A stretch of 63,265 bases of DNA, counting the filler, from Reticulomyxa filosa (Eukaryota; Protista; Foraminifera): the NCBI GenBank assembly GCA_000512085.1. It is 19 parts of 19 records of this genome, joined end to end, with 100 filler letters (N's around TTAATTAATTAA, not from the genome) between each part and the next. Parts side by side here need not be neighbours in the genome. Positions count along the whole stretch, not along the records: positions 39,331 to 41,101 come from ASPP01008914.1; positions 41,202 to 42,496 come from ASPP01025088.1; positions 42,597 to 44,275 come from ASPP01021221.1; positions 44,376 to 45,386 come from ASPP01049049.1; positions 45,487 to 48,640 come from ASPP01010612.1; positions 48,741 to 49,992 come from ASPP01029689.1; positions 50,093 to 57,815 come from ASPP01005342.1; 12 more parts are not named here. One strand, written 5' to 3'. Shown one piece after another: positions 39,429 through 50,844 of the stretch. The number at the start of each line of letters is the position of its first letter. Positions within the stretch are counted from its first letter, which is position 1. A model generated the notes under the pieces. That model saw only the letters and a program-made list of their open reading frames with translations, made no database searches and was not told where the DNA came from. The position numbers were made by a program, and so were the translations under genes.

Positions 39429-39998
39429 TTAAATATAGAATCTGAACTGTTCAAATGAAGTATAAAGTTCTCCCCACTTTATTCTGAGATTTTCTGCATC
39501 TTGCCATATGGTTTTCCATGAAGTCATAGTCTCTTGAAAATTTTTTTCCACCATTCCTCCCCATTTTTTGATTTTCTTAGATATTTTCTTAGTCTTACAA
39601 TTTCGTATGCTAATGTTTGACTCTTGATTAATTTCTTTCCTGAGTCTCGTCATTGTAGATTTCAATCTTCGGGCTATAGTTATTGAAGTGTCAATTCTTA
39701 CCTTACTCTTTGCCAATTCCTTGACAAGGGACAGCCTCCAGTTCGACGTCTCCTCCATTGTGTCCTCCAAATCTTTTTTGAGCTTTTTATGCACAAGCCT
39801 TCTAAAGCACAATATCGTTTTCTTTTCGTTCAGCATGCTTTCTAGATCGCATATTGCCTCTGCAACTTCCTCAGTACTTTTTTTTGCCTTTTGCAAACTT
39901 TCCATTTCTTCTGATATGTTTTGATCAGACATGTACTGAAATATTCGAAATATATTGTTTTCACGTTTTGCCTCACTATTTTCGTTCTCAATCTCCAT
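39429..39998 (-). CDS. Coiled-coil protein, paralog A of a head-to-head pair
   Basis: Helical ORF sharing KDL..TM...W.L...ELAKSK..IDT...I.KW......F..T.TSW.T....A..L..KW.......FRF with the divergent ORF at 40459-41101. Confidence 0.6.
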   Translation of the reverse strand: MEIENENSEAKRENNIFRIFQYMSDQNISEEMESLQKAKKSTEEVAEAICDLESMLNEKKTILCFRRLVHKKLKKDLEDTMEETSNWRLSLVKELAKSKVRIDTSITIARRLKSTMTRLRKEINQESNISIRNCKTKKISKKIKKWGGMVEKNFQETMTSWKTIWQDAENLRIKWGELYTSFEQFRFYI

Positions 39999-40458
39999 TA
40001 TCAATTTGATTTTTGAAGGACTTTCGTGGAAAATTTTTCAAAATATTTAAAAAAAACAGGCAAATGAAAAACAGTAACAAACAGAAAACACTTTTGTTGA
40101 TCAAAATTGAGGAATTTTTTAAACCCTTTTAAACGGTTTTTTAGTGTTTGAGAAGCGTGTCTCTGTACGAAATATTTCGGCTTGTTAGAAAAAGAGAGAT
40201 AAAAAAATTAAGAGAAAGAGAAGAAGCAAACTAAAAAAGTAAAATAAGAAATAAAGACATTATTTAATGCAAAGATAATCGCAATGCTATAATAAACAGT
40301 TTAAAAAAAATGCTAAAATTTCTTTTGGACAAAAATTACACTTGTTTTCATTTTGAATTTTCAGTCGAGCCAACAAAACATCCTTCAATTTTTTAAAAAA
40401 CTCTTTGATGCTTCGACTCGTTGTTTTCTTTCGTTCTGTAAGAAGTTAGTTGAAACTG

Positions 40459-41061
40459 ATGAACGACGAGTATCTTTTAAGATTAGAGCCAGATGCGCGA
40501 ATTGAGATCAGAGACGACGCAAGAAAATATTTACAAGAACTTAGTGGACGCAGTAAGATTGAACAACAGATTGAAAAAAAACAAATTTTTGAAAAATGTA
40601 CGCAATGACTTTTATCAGTTTAACAAGTTGACACAAGAATTGAACACGATTATCAGACGTTTCAACGGAGAAAATTTAACGTACACTACGTTTGAAAAGA
40701 TCTGAATCAAACAATGACAAACACATTTAAATGGAAATTAAGATTTTTTGAGGAATTGGCAAAGAGTAAATCAAACATAGACACTTTGATTTTGGAGACA
40801 AATTTGTTGCAAAACACGATAAAGAATTTACCTAAAAATCTTGATAGATTCAGTAATACTGCGCAAAAGAATCAAACGACAAAACAAATGCTTGATGAGA
40901 TTGAAAAATGGGCAATCAAGATAAGACGCACGTTCAATGATACATTGACATCGTGGAGAACACTAGCCAACAACGCCGATGATCTTAAACAAAAATGGAA
41001 AATAATTGCCGAAAATTCGGAGGGATTCAGGTTTAAGGGTTTTGTGATTAAACTCTGTTTC

Positions 41062-41101
<40 letters not shown>
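40459..41101 (+). CDS. Coiled-coil protein, paralog B of a head-to-head pair (frameshifted, 3' partial)
   Basis: ORFs 40493-40705 and 40714 onward join with one extra A at ~40695 to give FEKDLNQTMTNTFKW, matching KKDLEDTMEETSNW of paralog A. Confidence 0.55.
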
Positions 41102-41201
41102 NNNNNNNNNNNNNNNNNNNNNNNNNNNNNNNNNNNNNNNNNNNNTTAATTAATTAANNNNNNNNNNNNNNNNNNNNNNNNNNNNNNNNNNNNNNNNNNN
41201 N

Positions 41202-41434
41202 CACTGTTTGACAAAAAACCGACAAATACTTTTTCTGCAGGAAAATTCTAATAAAATGCGGGAAAAACGATCGCATTCTCGTTTGATTCGATACAAAATA
41301 ATTTGAAAGCGCCCTTTTGGAATTTGTTTTACAAAAGAATAAGGCTTCGTATGGCACAAAAACCTAGATTGAAATGTCCACTGTTTGACAAAAAACCGAC
41401 AAATACTTTTTTTGCAGGAAAATTTTAATGAAAT
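41202..41434. repeat. ~55-bp direct repeat with 177-bp period at a contig start
   Basis: CACTGTTTGACAAAAAACCGACAAATACTTTTTnTGCAGGAAAATTnTAATnAAAT at 41202 and 41379. Confidence 0.85.
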
Positions 41435-42029
41435 TAGAAAATAACGATTTTGAGTGTATCGTGTAGATGTGTGGGGTGCTTGTATTTTTTGATAAATATT
41501 TGTGACCTGCAAAAAGCCCGACTTGGTCGGAGTAAGTATTAAAATTTTTAAATGGGTAAGAAAATGGGTCGAACAGGGAATGGCGAACTTCACACAGATA
41601 AAATAAAGTACAACAATACAATCTCATTCTTTTCAAAGTACTTACTTTGTTGTATGTTTTTCAAATTTATTAACACCTTTTTCATTTATCCATTTTTGGC
41701 AGCTTTTTTTAATTTTATTGTTATACTCTTTGAAAAGGCTCAACATTTCAAGTTTTAAAATAATATTTCGTATTCTTTGAATTAAAAAATTTATATCATG
41801 AATTACTACAAAACATTTGTGTTCGATTCTATACAAAAAGCATAGCACTTGAAATATCATGTAATTTATTTTTTAATATTTTATTGTTGTGCTTTTAAAT
41901 TCTTTGAAAAATATTGAACGCAGCTTTTTCAATTTTTTAAACAACAAAGCAAAATAGAACACATCTTTCAATGCTTGCATTCCATTAAATCAAATAAGTT
42001 TAAATCATCTTACTTTTCTTTTAATCAAT

Positions 42030-42496
42030 CCTTTCATTTCTTATTTGGCAAAAAGTAAATTATCTTCAAATACGAGTGAGACCTTCGCATGAATTATACA
42101 AATTCTAATCATATGTAACATTTTTTGTCTTTCTTTTTCAATCCAATAAATTTAAGACACATTATTCCAAAATCTTCCTTATCATACCCTTGATCATATA
42201 CAATTCATTCTTATTTAATCGAATATCCCAAAAGCGAATTGTATTATCGTCTGATCCAGAACATATCAGATTTGAATTACAAATACTATTCTTATTACAA
42301 ATGGTGAATATTCAACAGCATGCACATAACTTGTATGTCCATTGAACACTTGAATTTGTTGACCAGATCGAATATACCACAAACGAACACTTTCATCATC
42401 TAATCCAGATAATATTGTATTCAATAATTCATTTGATCCATATTTTACACTTATCACATAATCTGTATGTCCTTTGAATACATTCAATTGTTTGGT
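42030..42496 (-). pseudogene. WD40-repeat protein C-terminal fragment, frameshifted
   Basis: FKGHTDYVISVKYGSNELLNTILSGLDDESVRLWYIRSGQQIQVFNGHTSYVHAVEYSPFV, then after a frameshift CSGSDDNTIRFWDIR. Confidence 0.8.
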
Positions 42497-42919
42497 NNNN
42501 NNNNNNNNNNNNNNNNNNNNNNNNNNNNNNNNNNNNNNNNTTAATTAATTAANNNNNNNNNNNNNNNNNNNNNNNNNNNNNNNNNNNNNNNNNNNNTTTT
42601 TTTTACATTTTTTTGATCGATTGAACACTAAATGAAATTACATAATATCATCAATTATGTGAATCAAACTTTTTATCGAAAAAATTATTTTTAGTTTTGC
42701 AGAAGGTTTTTTGCTAGAATATGACTTGGCCAAAAGATATCTAGATGCTCATAGCATTGAGATTTGAGGACAATATGTACTTGGTGAGCCATTAGTTTCA
42801 GCGTTGCGGCATCAAGTAAATAATGATTTTACACTTCTTTTTATTTCTGGAGTCAAATAATGTATCATATTTAGAGATATTTGGAGTCGACTGTTCGACA
42901 TTAGAGCCAAGTTCTTCGA

Positions 42920-44215
42920 TTAGAGATTGCTGTTATTCACCGGGGCTGCCTTGCCTCCAATGGCTCTGTCTTCATATTCAAAGTACGTCGAAAATGGTGT
43001 GTCATGCCAGCAATAAAAATTTCCTTTTTTTTTAGTTATTTTAAAAAAGCAAAAGTATACACATATACATATACAAATACAAATATATTTATGTTTATGT
43101 TTATGCTTACGTATTATACGCACAATAATCTTTTTCGGCCAGCAAAACACTGGACAGAAATATTTTGGATAAGATTGGGACTGTGAAGAGCACTTTGACA
43201 AACAATTTGTCACCGTCATTCATTGTCAAACCATTGTCATTCCGTGCATTTTTTTATGTTTGTATTTGTATCTATGTTTTGAAATGGTTTCGTCGTTTTC
43301 ACTTTGGTTTTTAATGCAAACACCGCAATTGACTCAAAGTATATCTTGTCTTCCACCTCTTTTTTTTTTTGGCTTCACAAATGTTGTGTTCATTGCCTCT
43401 TCCAATGCTCGTTGGTTCATTTTCTGCTCTTCTTTTTGTTCGCTGTAACTTTGTTCATCCTTTCGCTTTCTCTCGACTCGATATAAGCATTGTGTTGAGA
43501 GACCAGAATGCTTGATATACCTTCGAGTCCCCCTGCTTGGTGACAAAGTAAATCTTGCCGTTGTTAGCATTGTAATGCCAATTGTCCAACTGCACTCGAA
43601 ATCCACGTGTGTGTGTGTGGAGAAACGTATTTGTATAGCAAAACACATTTTCGGATAACAAGTTGCTATTTTGTCCATTTGGATCCCACTTGCCATTTCT
43701 TGGAATGAAAACTTGACTTTGCGACGATGTGGATAGTTGAATTCAAAAGTTTCTGTCAAACCTTGCAATTGGCTCAATTTAATCGGAATGAATTTTTTCT
43801 CGACGATATTTGCTCATGTCGCTGGTAGTTCGATTTTGATTGTCTCAAGCAGGCTGCTATATGCTTAATAATTTCGACGATTTCGGAGCGCTTTATAAAA
43901 TATTCGTGATTCTTGCCATTGTGTCTACTTCAAACACGAGTTCCTTCGGCAAACTCCATGCTAAAATACTTTCTGTCATCTACATTCCCATCGCCTCTAG
44001 GGCCCCCCCCCACACAAATATTGCAATTTCAATCCGATAATTTCGCCGTCGCTGAATACAAGTTCAGTTTGAACAATTGTGGGAACACTTTGTGAATATA
44101 TCTTTCGTCGTCACAAACAATCAGTAGCCATGTCTTATCAAAAACTTGTCTTTACCATCATAGACTGATTTTATCCAACTCGATTCCAATGCTTTCATTC
44201 CTATTGATTCCATTT
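42920..44215 (-). pseudogene. Disrupted unknown gene
   Basis: Coding-like composition with overlapping ORF pieces in different frames and in-frame TAA/TAG/TGA. No family recognised. Confidence 0.3.
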
Positions 44216-44375
44216 TGTGAAATATATATATATAACCGTTCCTTTTATATATGTACAAATATATGTATTATTATGNNNNNNNNNNNNNNNNNNNNNNNNN
44301 NNNNNNNNNNNNNNNNNNNTTAATTAATTAANNNNNNNNNNNNNNNNNNNNNNNNNNNNNNNNNNNNNNNNNNNN

Positions 44376-45386
44376 AGCAAAAGCAAGAGAGAACATAAGA
44401 AAAAGGAAAAAACGGAAACAAAAGAGTCTGAGCCGACGACAAGCGAAAACAAGGACGCACTTGTCATTGCGGATGAACCCATTGCTGTTGTCGAAAAAGA
44501 TAAGACGGAACTGCCATTGGAAGTCGTCGACATAACAAAGGAAAAAAAACACAAAAAAAAGCACAAAAAAGATAAAACGAAGGAACTCAAAGAACCGGTC
44601 AAAGAAGAGGAAAAGCCCAAAGAAAGAGTGATCAGTGAAGAAAAGAGAAAAATTTTGGACGCTTTTCACAGGTTTGCCAATAATTTTGTTCTTGACATAC
44701 TTCAAACAAGCAAGCGAATAAATAATTCCATAAAACAAATGATTGAACAGTGATCCGACTCGATTTTTGGAAGAAAACAGAGAATACTACACTCGTCAGG
44801 CCATCCTAAGTTTGCGAGAAATGTTTGCAGAGGAGGCAATGGAAGGCGGAGTGGACCCGGCCACATTAGACTTGGACACAATGGCGATTGGAGCAGCGCG
44901 ACAACTGGCAATAACAGGACGACTGGACGAAATGCTCATCGCAATGATATTGGGAGAAGCAGAGGCCGACGTAGATGGAAATGAAGACAACGAATATAGT
45001 GACCAAGCAAATGAACAAGAAGACCCATTGGAAAGCATCTTGAACGACCCCAATTTGCCTCCTTGGGCCAAAGAGGAGGCCTTTGTCGAACAAGTGTATA
45101 TGCAACAGCAACAAATGCAACAACAAAAGTTTGAAAGTGAGTACGGTGAAAAATCCAGACATTCCACACGAGCATCAAGTCGAGGAGGACGAGGCGGTGG
45201 CAGAGGCGGTCACTTTGCTTCGAGTCATTTTGGAAGAAGAAAACATTATCGCTTCCCTCCAAGAGGCAAAATCACTCGTTTCCCTGTTACGCCTTTCCAA
45301 GCCGATTTAACCATTCCGAAGAGCATTTTGGCGCCTGAAAAGCGACAGAAAATTGGTTTACAAATAACTGTGTTTTTTTTTTTTTT
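44376..45386 (+). CDS. Low-complexity acidic/basic protein fragment with an RGG box
   Basis: Coding across the whole contig (one frameshift at ~44742). K/E-rich N-part, poly-Q, RGGRGGGRGG. Confidence 0.55.
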
Positions 45387-45879
45387 NNNNNNNNNNNNNN
45401 NNNNNNNNNNNNNNNNNNNNNNNNNNNNNNTTAATTAATTAANNNNNNNNNNNNNNNNNNNNNNNNNNNNNNNNNNNNNNNNNNNNCAACCTACTGTAAT
45501 ATTGCAATAATTTTGGAATGTCCACTTTTGGGTTTGCTGTTTTTGCTTCCACTATGCAATCCTTACGCAATTTGTTGATTTCTTTCAATTTTGTCCTCAA
45601 TTCCTCAATTTTTGCTTTTCCATCTGTTTCATTTCAACTTTTTTTTTTGTATGCGTATTTTCATAAGTTTCCCCTCTCCCTTTACACACGTTCACTACTA
45701 CTTGGCTAGTTCGAAATAAATGTAACTGACAAACTTACAATGTGATTTAATAAATTGAGTTGAGGGTTGCTCAAAATCCACAAGAAATGTTTTTTTCAAT
45801 GGTACTGCGATCATGTTTTCTGAGTTTTTTTCCCGCCACAAAAAAAGAACCAGAAAAAACGCCCGTCCAGAAAAAAAGC

Positions 45880-46141
45880 TGATGTGACAAGCTCAGTCTT
45901 TTCATATCTGAAATATATTTCTAAAAAAACAAATTTTCAATTTTATGATAGCTTAAAAAAAAATTTACAACTTGTTAAACAGTAAAATTTTTCCGGTTTC
46001 ACTTCTACCAAAACTTTTTTTGTTGTTCTTCTTGCGTTGTGTTTTGATAGTTATTTTCTTATTTAATTTTGTTTTATTAGAAACTTATTCAGTAATGAAG
46101 TTACTTTCGTATTACACTTAAGTCACCTCAATCTTCACACA
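45880..46141 (-). mobile_element. Solo-LTR-like element, copy 4 (degenerate)
   Basis: Plus strand ends CTTTCGTATTACACTTAAGTCACCTCAATCTTCACACA (family end). Left boundary uncertain (TGATGTGACAAGC; flanks AAAGC/AAAGA). Confidence 0.5.
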
Positions 46142-46224
46142 AAAGAAGCTGTTATAAATAATTTTAAGTTATTCTTGTTTGTCGTAATGCGATGTTTTAT
46201 TATTATTAAGATAAAAAATATAAT

Positions 46225-46446
46225 TGTAGTGCATGCCCTACTAATTACACTAGAAGCTTTATATGAACGAGGGAACCCTTTTTCTTACTCAACAACCTTC
46301 ACTGTCTTTCTTCTTTCACTTTTCTATTTTCTTATTTCTTGTCAGTGAGTTATTTGTCTTGATTATTAACTACTTTTGTTTGCCTTTTGAGAACACCTTT
46401 CAGTAAATACTTTCTTATTACTTGGTGCTACCTCAATCTTCCCACA
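46225..46446 (-). mobile_element. Solo-LTR-like element, copy 5 (222 bp)
   Basis: Plus strand reads TGTAGTG...CTTTCTTATTAC...ACCTCAATCTTCCCACA with flanks ATAAT/ATAGT (4 of 5 match). Internal GAACGAGGGAA and CTCAACAA as in copies 2 and 3. Confidence 0.65.
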
Positions 46447-46954
46447 ATAGTCACGTTTATTTTTGCCTTTTTTTGTTTTCCATAATTGGTGATCTTTAAT
46501 ATTATTTGATTGACTCAAAACAAAATTGGAAATTGTATTAGCAACATTATGATCACAAATAAATACGTTAAAATCAATTTCATCATTAGAAACATAGAAT
46601 ATTTATAAGGTATCACAATATATGCAATATTTTCTGCAAACTACTGAATTTTATACATATATATTATTGTGCAAAATTCAAAAGATGAAGAATGTAATTC
46701 AGACAACTTGAAAGAGGAAGAAAATAGACATCAGAAACCTATATTGTCCAACGATAATGAGAATAAGAATTTTGTCAGCAATTAATAAATTGGCAGCAAA
46801 TCAAAGAGAGTGACAAAGGACAAGAAAGAGTTGAAAGGACATTCACAATATGTTTCTAATGCCAATCCATGCTTCAATCTAAACAAATAACTTGGCAAAT
46901 CATCCAAAAATTGTTTAGCAGCTGTCCAAGCTAATGTAGTACGCAAGAATGAAA

Positions 46955-47560
46955 TTGCGAACACATTTCGTCAGCGAGAATCTCTTTATACAACTCAGAG
47001 TTAACAGTTACTGTGATTTTGGCAGCATCACCGACTCCTTTTGCTTCCATGCATCCCCAAATCATCATGCTTCCTCCACCACCTTTTACAGTAGGCCTAG
47101 TAGTACTATCGGAAATCATTTCATTAGGTCTTCGCCAAATGTATTCTTTCCGTTACCTCCGAAACGATTTATTTTCGTTTCATCGGAAAAAATCACTTTT
47201 CTATACTCACTTTCGGTCCATGATTTGTTTTTTTGGCGAATTCTAAACTTAACTTTTTATGGCGCTAGTTAACCGATGGTTCTTGATACTTATGCGACTA
47301 TTTAAACCATGGAATTTTAAAATGTTCTTCAAAGTGCTCACGGAGAACACTCTTTTATATGTTCGTGCGAGTCGCTGCAAATATATGTTGTTTGTGTCTA
47401 TCCAGAGTAAATTAAGCGTCTTACAAGCCTAGCACCTCTATCAGTCCATGTTTTAGGACATCCAGAGACTCTTTTGCGTGTAATCGTTCTACTGTTGATG
47501 CTGATGTAAAATTTTTTTGCAGTGTCATGATTTATCACAAATCGCTGACCAGTCTCACGT
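46955..47560 (-). mobile_element. Tc1/mariner transposase remnant
   Basis: GCPKTWTDRGARLVRR (cf. GRPR HTH linker), KVIFSDETKINRFG (first catalytic Asp), PTVKGGGGSMMIWGCM (cf. TVKHGGGSVMVWGC), VNSELYKEIL. Frameshifted and truncated before the second Asp. Confidence 0.85.
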
Positions 47561-48055
47561 ATGACATTCACATACGTATTCTTTCAAATAAAATTTTTTG
47601 TTGTATTCCAGACAGCTTGTGAATCATGACTAGAAGCCAAAGAATAACAATAAAAACAAAAAACTTGTTTGAATGTTGAAAAGAAAAGTTTATATAGAAA
47701 ATTTTGACCTCAACAAAAGCAAGTCCAACAGTAAAATTAATCATTTTTGAAAATTTTTTTCTTAAAACAACTTTTCAAAATTTTTGTTTATTGTTTTTAC
47801 AAACTAATTATAAAAGTGTAAACATATATCCAGTAAACCAGAAAAAATAATCATAATTTTCTACTAAAATGTTTGTTACAAACAAAAAGTTCATATTTTA
47901 TGGTTGTCTAATTTTTTTTTTGTCGCAACTATATTTTTAAAAAATTATGAAAAAATCAATAATCTCTATAATGTGCTGTTTTATGTTTCAACTTTACTTT
48001 GCCATTCTATTTTATTTCTTTTTTTCAAACATAAAAGTACATTTTACATTACAAT

Positions 48056-48640
48056 TCAAATAAAATCTTTTTTCAAGCACTTGTCTTTTTCAACAAATGG
48101 TAATCCATTGTTTACTGTAGTTATCACTGCATCTTCAATATCACCACGAACTGTAATATCCTTTTCAGAACAAAAAATACAAAATAAATTCACATTATTA
48201 TTGCAACAACGTCTTTCCATAAATTCATTCATTCTAATTTTATATTTTTGCTCATTATTATCTTCCAACTTCCATCTCTCAAATTCAAATAGCAATGAAA
48301 GCGCTTTTTTCATATTTCCTTCACAATAATAATTAAGAACAACATAAATGAGATTTAAATCTACATAATGGTTATATATTACACTTATTTGCATAGTTTG
48401 TTGGATATACTGATCATATTTCACCCATGTCAACAATATCATTTGTGTATATTCATCTTCACTTTCCACTTTTGCATTCCATGAAAGTAATTCTTTATGT
48501 GCTTTTTCATCATGAATAAATGACACCCATGATCTCGAAAACAAAATTTCACGCTCATGTTTGAATGGTGTTATCCATGATACATCACAACTATCGATTG
48601 TACTTGCTCGTCTCATAGAAGGATGAAAATGTAAAATACA
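48056..48640 (-). CDS. Protein with ADP-ribosyltransferase-like ExE motif and CUE-like tail, 5' partial
   Basis: CDVSWITPFKHEREILF resembles the R-S-E ART DISxxSxFxxExEVL motif. VDLNLIYVVLNYYCEGNMKKALSLL resembles CUE/UBA helices. Confidence 0.45.
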   Translation of the reverse strand, partial: CILHFHPSMRRASTIDSCDVSWITPFKHEREILFSRSWVSFIHDEKAHKELLSWNAKVESEDEYTQMILLTWVKYDQYIQQTMQISVIYNHYVDLNLIYVVLNYYCEGNMKKALSLLFEFERWKLEDNNEQKYKIRMNEFMERRCCNNNVNLFCIFCSEKDITVRGDIEDAVITTVNNGLPFVEKDKCLKKDFI

Positions 48641-49048
48641 NNNNNNNNNNNNNNNNNNNNNNNNNNNNNNNNNNNNNNNNNNNNTTAATTAATTAANNNN
48701 NNNNNNNNNNNNNNNNNNNNNNNNNNNNNNNNNNNNNNNNTTTCAGTTTATTTAACCTTGTGGGTTCACTACAATTAACATTTTTTATTGTCTTATCGTA
48801 TCAATATCTCCTTTGGTTTCAAATTGCATATGCAGACACGTTGTTGGTCAAATTTTTTCTTCAAACGGGGAGAAATCGAGCGTCTTAATGACACATATAA
48901 CATAAAAAAGTTCAGTAAGACAAATTTTTCGGTAATATACTGACAGTTCTTTGTTAGTGGCAACTTGGAGCGTAGTTTTTTTTTTTTTATTGTTATTATT
49001 ATTTGGCGCTGGAACATACATAAAAGACATTAGTATAATCAGAACACA

Positions 49049-49992
49049 ATGACCTCAACCAAGCCTTCTTCTCGCTCTTTTCTGAGCAATTTTCGAGGCT
49101 TTTCAAAGAAGCAATCTGCAACAGGTGAAAAAAGTCAGGCTCAAACACAGGCACAAACAAGTACCTCTAGCCCTGACCCAACTCTCGTAATGAAGAATAA
49201 TGACTCATCGGGCAACAACGGAAGTGGATCAAATTCAGCAGTAGAAACGAAGAGGCCTGAAGAGAACGGAGCAAGTAGGGACGAGTCAAGCCGACAAGAG
49301 AAAGGAAAGTCGAACGAAAAAGAGAAGACAGAAGCAAGAAAAGAGCAGCGAAAAGACGCATCGAACTCAGCGAAAGAAACACCGAGATCGAGACAAAAGC
49401 ACCGAAAGCAGTCTCAATCCAGCGATGCAGTGACGATGATGACACCGTCGTCTGCGGACCACTCGCATCATGGAGGAGAGATGATGAATGCAGGTTCAAG
49501 AGCGGGTAGTTTGGGACAGATTCATCAGTACCAGGACAGACCCGCGACACATGAATCGCAAGAGTCTAATAATAACAATAATAATAATAATAATAATAAT
49601 AATATGTCTACGTTGACGGAAGAAGAAGCAGCGATTGCGTGTGAGGAGTGCAATCACACCCCTTACCAATTGGGTGACGTCATTTTGTTGAAAGACCAGA
49701 GAGAAGCATTAATCCGGTATATTGGTCCTGTCCATTTTTTGGTTGAGTCAAGCGAAAAGGATCGAGAGAATGCCATGTCGGAAGACGAGCAGCTTATCAT
49801 GTATGGATTGGAATTGCTGGGCACAAGTGTAGGCACACATGATGGTAACTACATGGGTCTACGATATTTCCGAGTTGGGTGTGCATGAACATATATACAT
49901 ACAGATATAAATATATATAAATATGTATATATGTTTATTTACATAAATCTCGGCGCAAGTTGTAACAAGAATATTATTATACGTATACATAT
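49049..49992 (+). CDS. CAP-Gly domain protein, 3' partial
   Basis: LGDVILL..REALIRYIGPVHF...YGLELLGTSVGTHDGNYMGLRYF (GTHDG in place of GKNDG) after a low-complexity N-terminus with poly-Asn. Confidence 0.85.
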
Positions 49993-50844
49993 NNNNNNNN
50001 NNNNNNNNNNNNNNNNNNNNNNNNNNNNNNNNNNNNTTAATTAATTAANNNNNNNNNNNNNNNNNNNNNNNNNNNNNNNNNNNNNNNNNNNNTGTTCTTT
50101 AATCATGCTTTTGATGAATTGAAGAAATTCTTGCATTTTACACATCAACATGTAAACAAAAAGTTTTACAATTTTGTACAATTGAGCATTATTTATGGCA
50201 CTGATTTTTCTTCCGTTTCTTCTTGTCTAATAATCTCCTCTTCAAAAAAGATTAAAACAGTATCGAAAAGTATTGAAACAGTACTCTACTAACAGACTTA
50301 AGAACTCTGTTTTTGAGTGACTTTGATTGTGGCTTCCTTTCTTTTTGTGTGCATTTGTACGTGACTTCCTTTCTCTTTTCCATTTTTGAATTCTTTTTTT
50401 AATCTTATTTTATTGACCACTCTTCTTGTTGCGTGTCATCAAGTGTTTCTTTTTAAACAACCTTTTTTTATTGAGCTCTTTTCTTTTTTGAACGAAGAAA
50501 GTTGAAGTAGCGTCGTGGAGAACAACCCGTTTTACAAGACTTGTCAAAACTTTTTAGTACTTTTAACACTTTAACTAACTTGCTTTTAGTCGAAAACAAA
50601 GAAAGTAATACTTCCTCTAGCTAAATGAAACTAAACACAATTAAAATTATTGCTTTGACCAGTTTTAAAGCTCTATAAACTTCACGCGTTAATTATAGAT
50701 CTCGTATACTACCAGCATATCCGAATACACTTTAGTTGTATACATTTATAAAAAATATTTCAAAAGTTACTACTGGCAACCACGTTTCCAAAAAAAGCCC
50801 TCCTTTTTTTTCTTTACGCCCCCTTTTTTTTTTCCTTACGCAAA

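Noticed and set aside
43800-44215. Stop-codon reassignment suggested by in-frame stops here and at 28300-28760
   Set aside because: All three stop types occur together with frameshifts, and conserved genes in the window have no in-frame stops within exons. Pseudogene decay explains it.
45495-45739. TGTAA...TTACA-bounded 245-bp T-rich segment as another solo LTR
   Set aside because: No target duplication and no family motif; 5-bp inverted ends are expected by chance in AT-rich DNA.
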